From an uncultured Thermodesulfobacteriota bacterium (GTDB lineage: Bacteria > Desulfobacterota > S145-22), in assembly GCA_964589315.1 (NCBI GenBank), contig CAZPTH010000001.1:1-44505 (forward strand): DNA of 44,505 nt, written 5' to 3'. Position 1 is the stretch's first letter. The number at the start of each line of letters is the position of its first letter. A program made the position numbers and the translations under genes. This document shows positions 44,038 through 44,505 of this stretch, piece by piece. A model generated the notes under the pieces. It ran no database searches and was not told the origin of the DNA. It saw only the letters and a program-made list of their open reading frames with translations.

Positions 44038-44505
44038 TCATGTCTCGTCCTTTCTCAAAAAGATGATGATCCCCACCACGAGAAAGAGAATCGATACGAT
44101 GGGGATAAGTAATTTAAAGGGATAGATCGGGATTCTAAAGGCCCCGGAGGATCTCTCGTGCATCCTCAGAGAATTTAACCCCATCCAGATTGTCTGCCAG
44201 ACGAGAACGCCGGTGAATATCATAAACGAGATGAGCGTGATAATTTTCGAAATCACCTTCATCCATGGGGGAAAGTGATCGTAAAAGATTTCTATGCGAA
44301 TATGTTTGTTCTCGGACATGGCCAGCACGCCGGCGAAGAGAATGAAGACCCCGAAAATGATGCGGTTCGACAGCCATGTCCAGATGAGGGGGTGATTGAA
44401 GACATATCGGGCGATAACCCCCACGGTGGTAATCACCATGAGAACAAAGACCAGGATACTCATGGCCACGCAGATTTTTCTGTTAAAGGCCAAAAAACGT
44501 TTCAA
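44038..44505 (-). CDS. dctQ: TRAP transporter small permease subunit (the 5' end may be cut by the window edge)
   Basis: Four hydrophobic helices and VIARYVFNHPLIWTWLSNRIIFGV, typical of DctQ. It lies directly upstream of dctM. The reading frame is open to the last base of the window. Confidence 0.85.
   Translation of the reverse strand: MKRFLAFNRKICVAMSILVFVLMVITTVGVIARYVFNHPLIWTWLSNRIIFGVFILFAGVLAMSENKHIRIEIFYDHFPPWMKVISKIITLISFMIFTGVLVWQTIWMGLNSLRMHERSSGAFRIPIYPFKLLIPIVSILFLVVGIIIFLRKDET

Noticed and set aside
1-44505. CRISPR arrays, long direct or inverted repeats, IS elements, toxin-antitoxin pairs or known defence genes
   Set aside because: I scanned the intergenic regions and the ORF track and saw no repeat-spacer periodicity, transposase, nuclease/helicase defence signature or small paired ORFs. 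A computational repeat search would be needed to exclude short dispersed repeats.

Overview
This is a 44.5-kb bacterial chromosomal window, moderately GC-rich. Gene order and protein character resemble anaerobic Deltaproteobacteria/Thermodesulfobacteriota, but the organism cannot be identified from sequence alone.

Positions 1-27.6 kb are tightly packed housekeeping genes:
- a DUF523 fragment, then purN and purM (minus strand);
- an HtrA/DegP-type protease, DUF1844, a HAD phosphatase and relA/spoT (plus strand);
- rpmB and xerD;
- a long minus-strand translation/RNA operon: rimP-nusA-ylxR-infB-DUF503-rbfA-nrnA-truB-rpsO-pnp-M16 peptidase-dut-yfcE;
- a CaCA antiporter, ApbE and a sugar-nucleotide epimerase (plus strand);
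- a stand-alone EF-G paralog with birA and coaX (minus strand).

A strongly AT-rich spacer of about 175 bp and a strong intrinsic terminator follow. Positions 27.8-44.5 kb are then an accessory catabolic island, entirely on the minus strand:
- TRAP dctQ-dctM;
- a cytoplasmic GAF-PAS-PAS histidine kinase with a NarL-type response regulator;
- an XRE-cupin regulator;
- a secreted Peripla_BP_6 binding protein;
- an 8-gene operon encoding an OYE/FeS/FAD enoate-reductase-like enzyme, a three-subunit molybdenum hydroxylase (2Fe-2S, FAD, Moco), an enamidase homolog, a 6-hydroxynicotinate-reductase-like FeS protein, an ApbE-like UPF0280 protein and an AA_synth (PF06684) protein.

The operon looks like the upper half of the anaerobic nicotinate (pyridine-carboxylate) pathway. 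It is combined with three co-transcribed genes of unknown role, and the known downstream fermentation genes are absent. This is the best candidate in the window for an undescribed system.

I saw no rRNA, tRNA, CRISPR array, transposase or phage genes.
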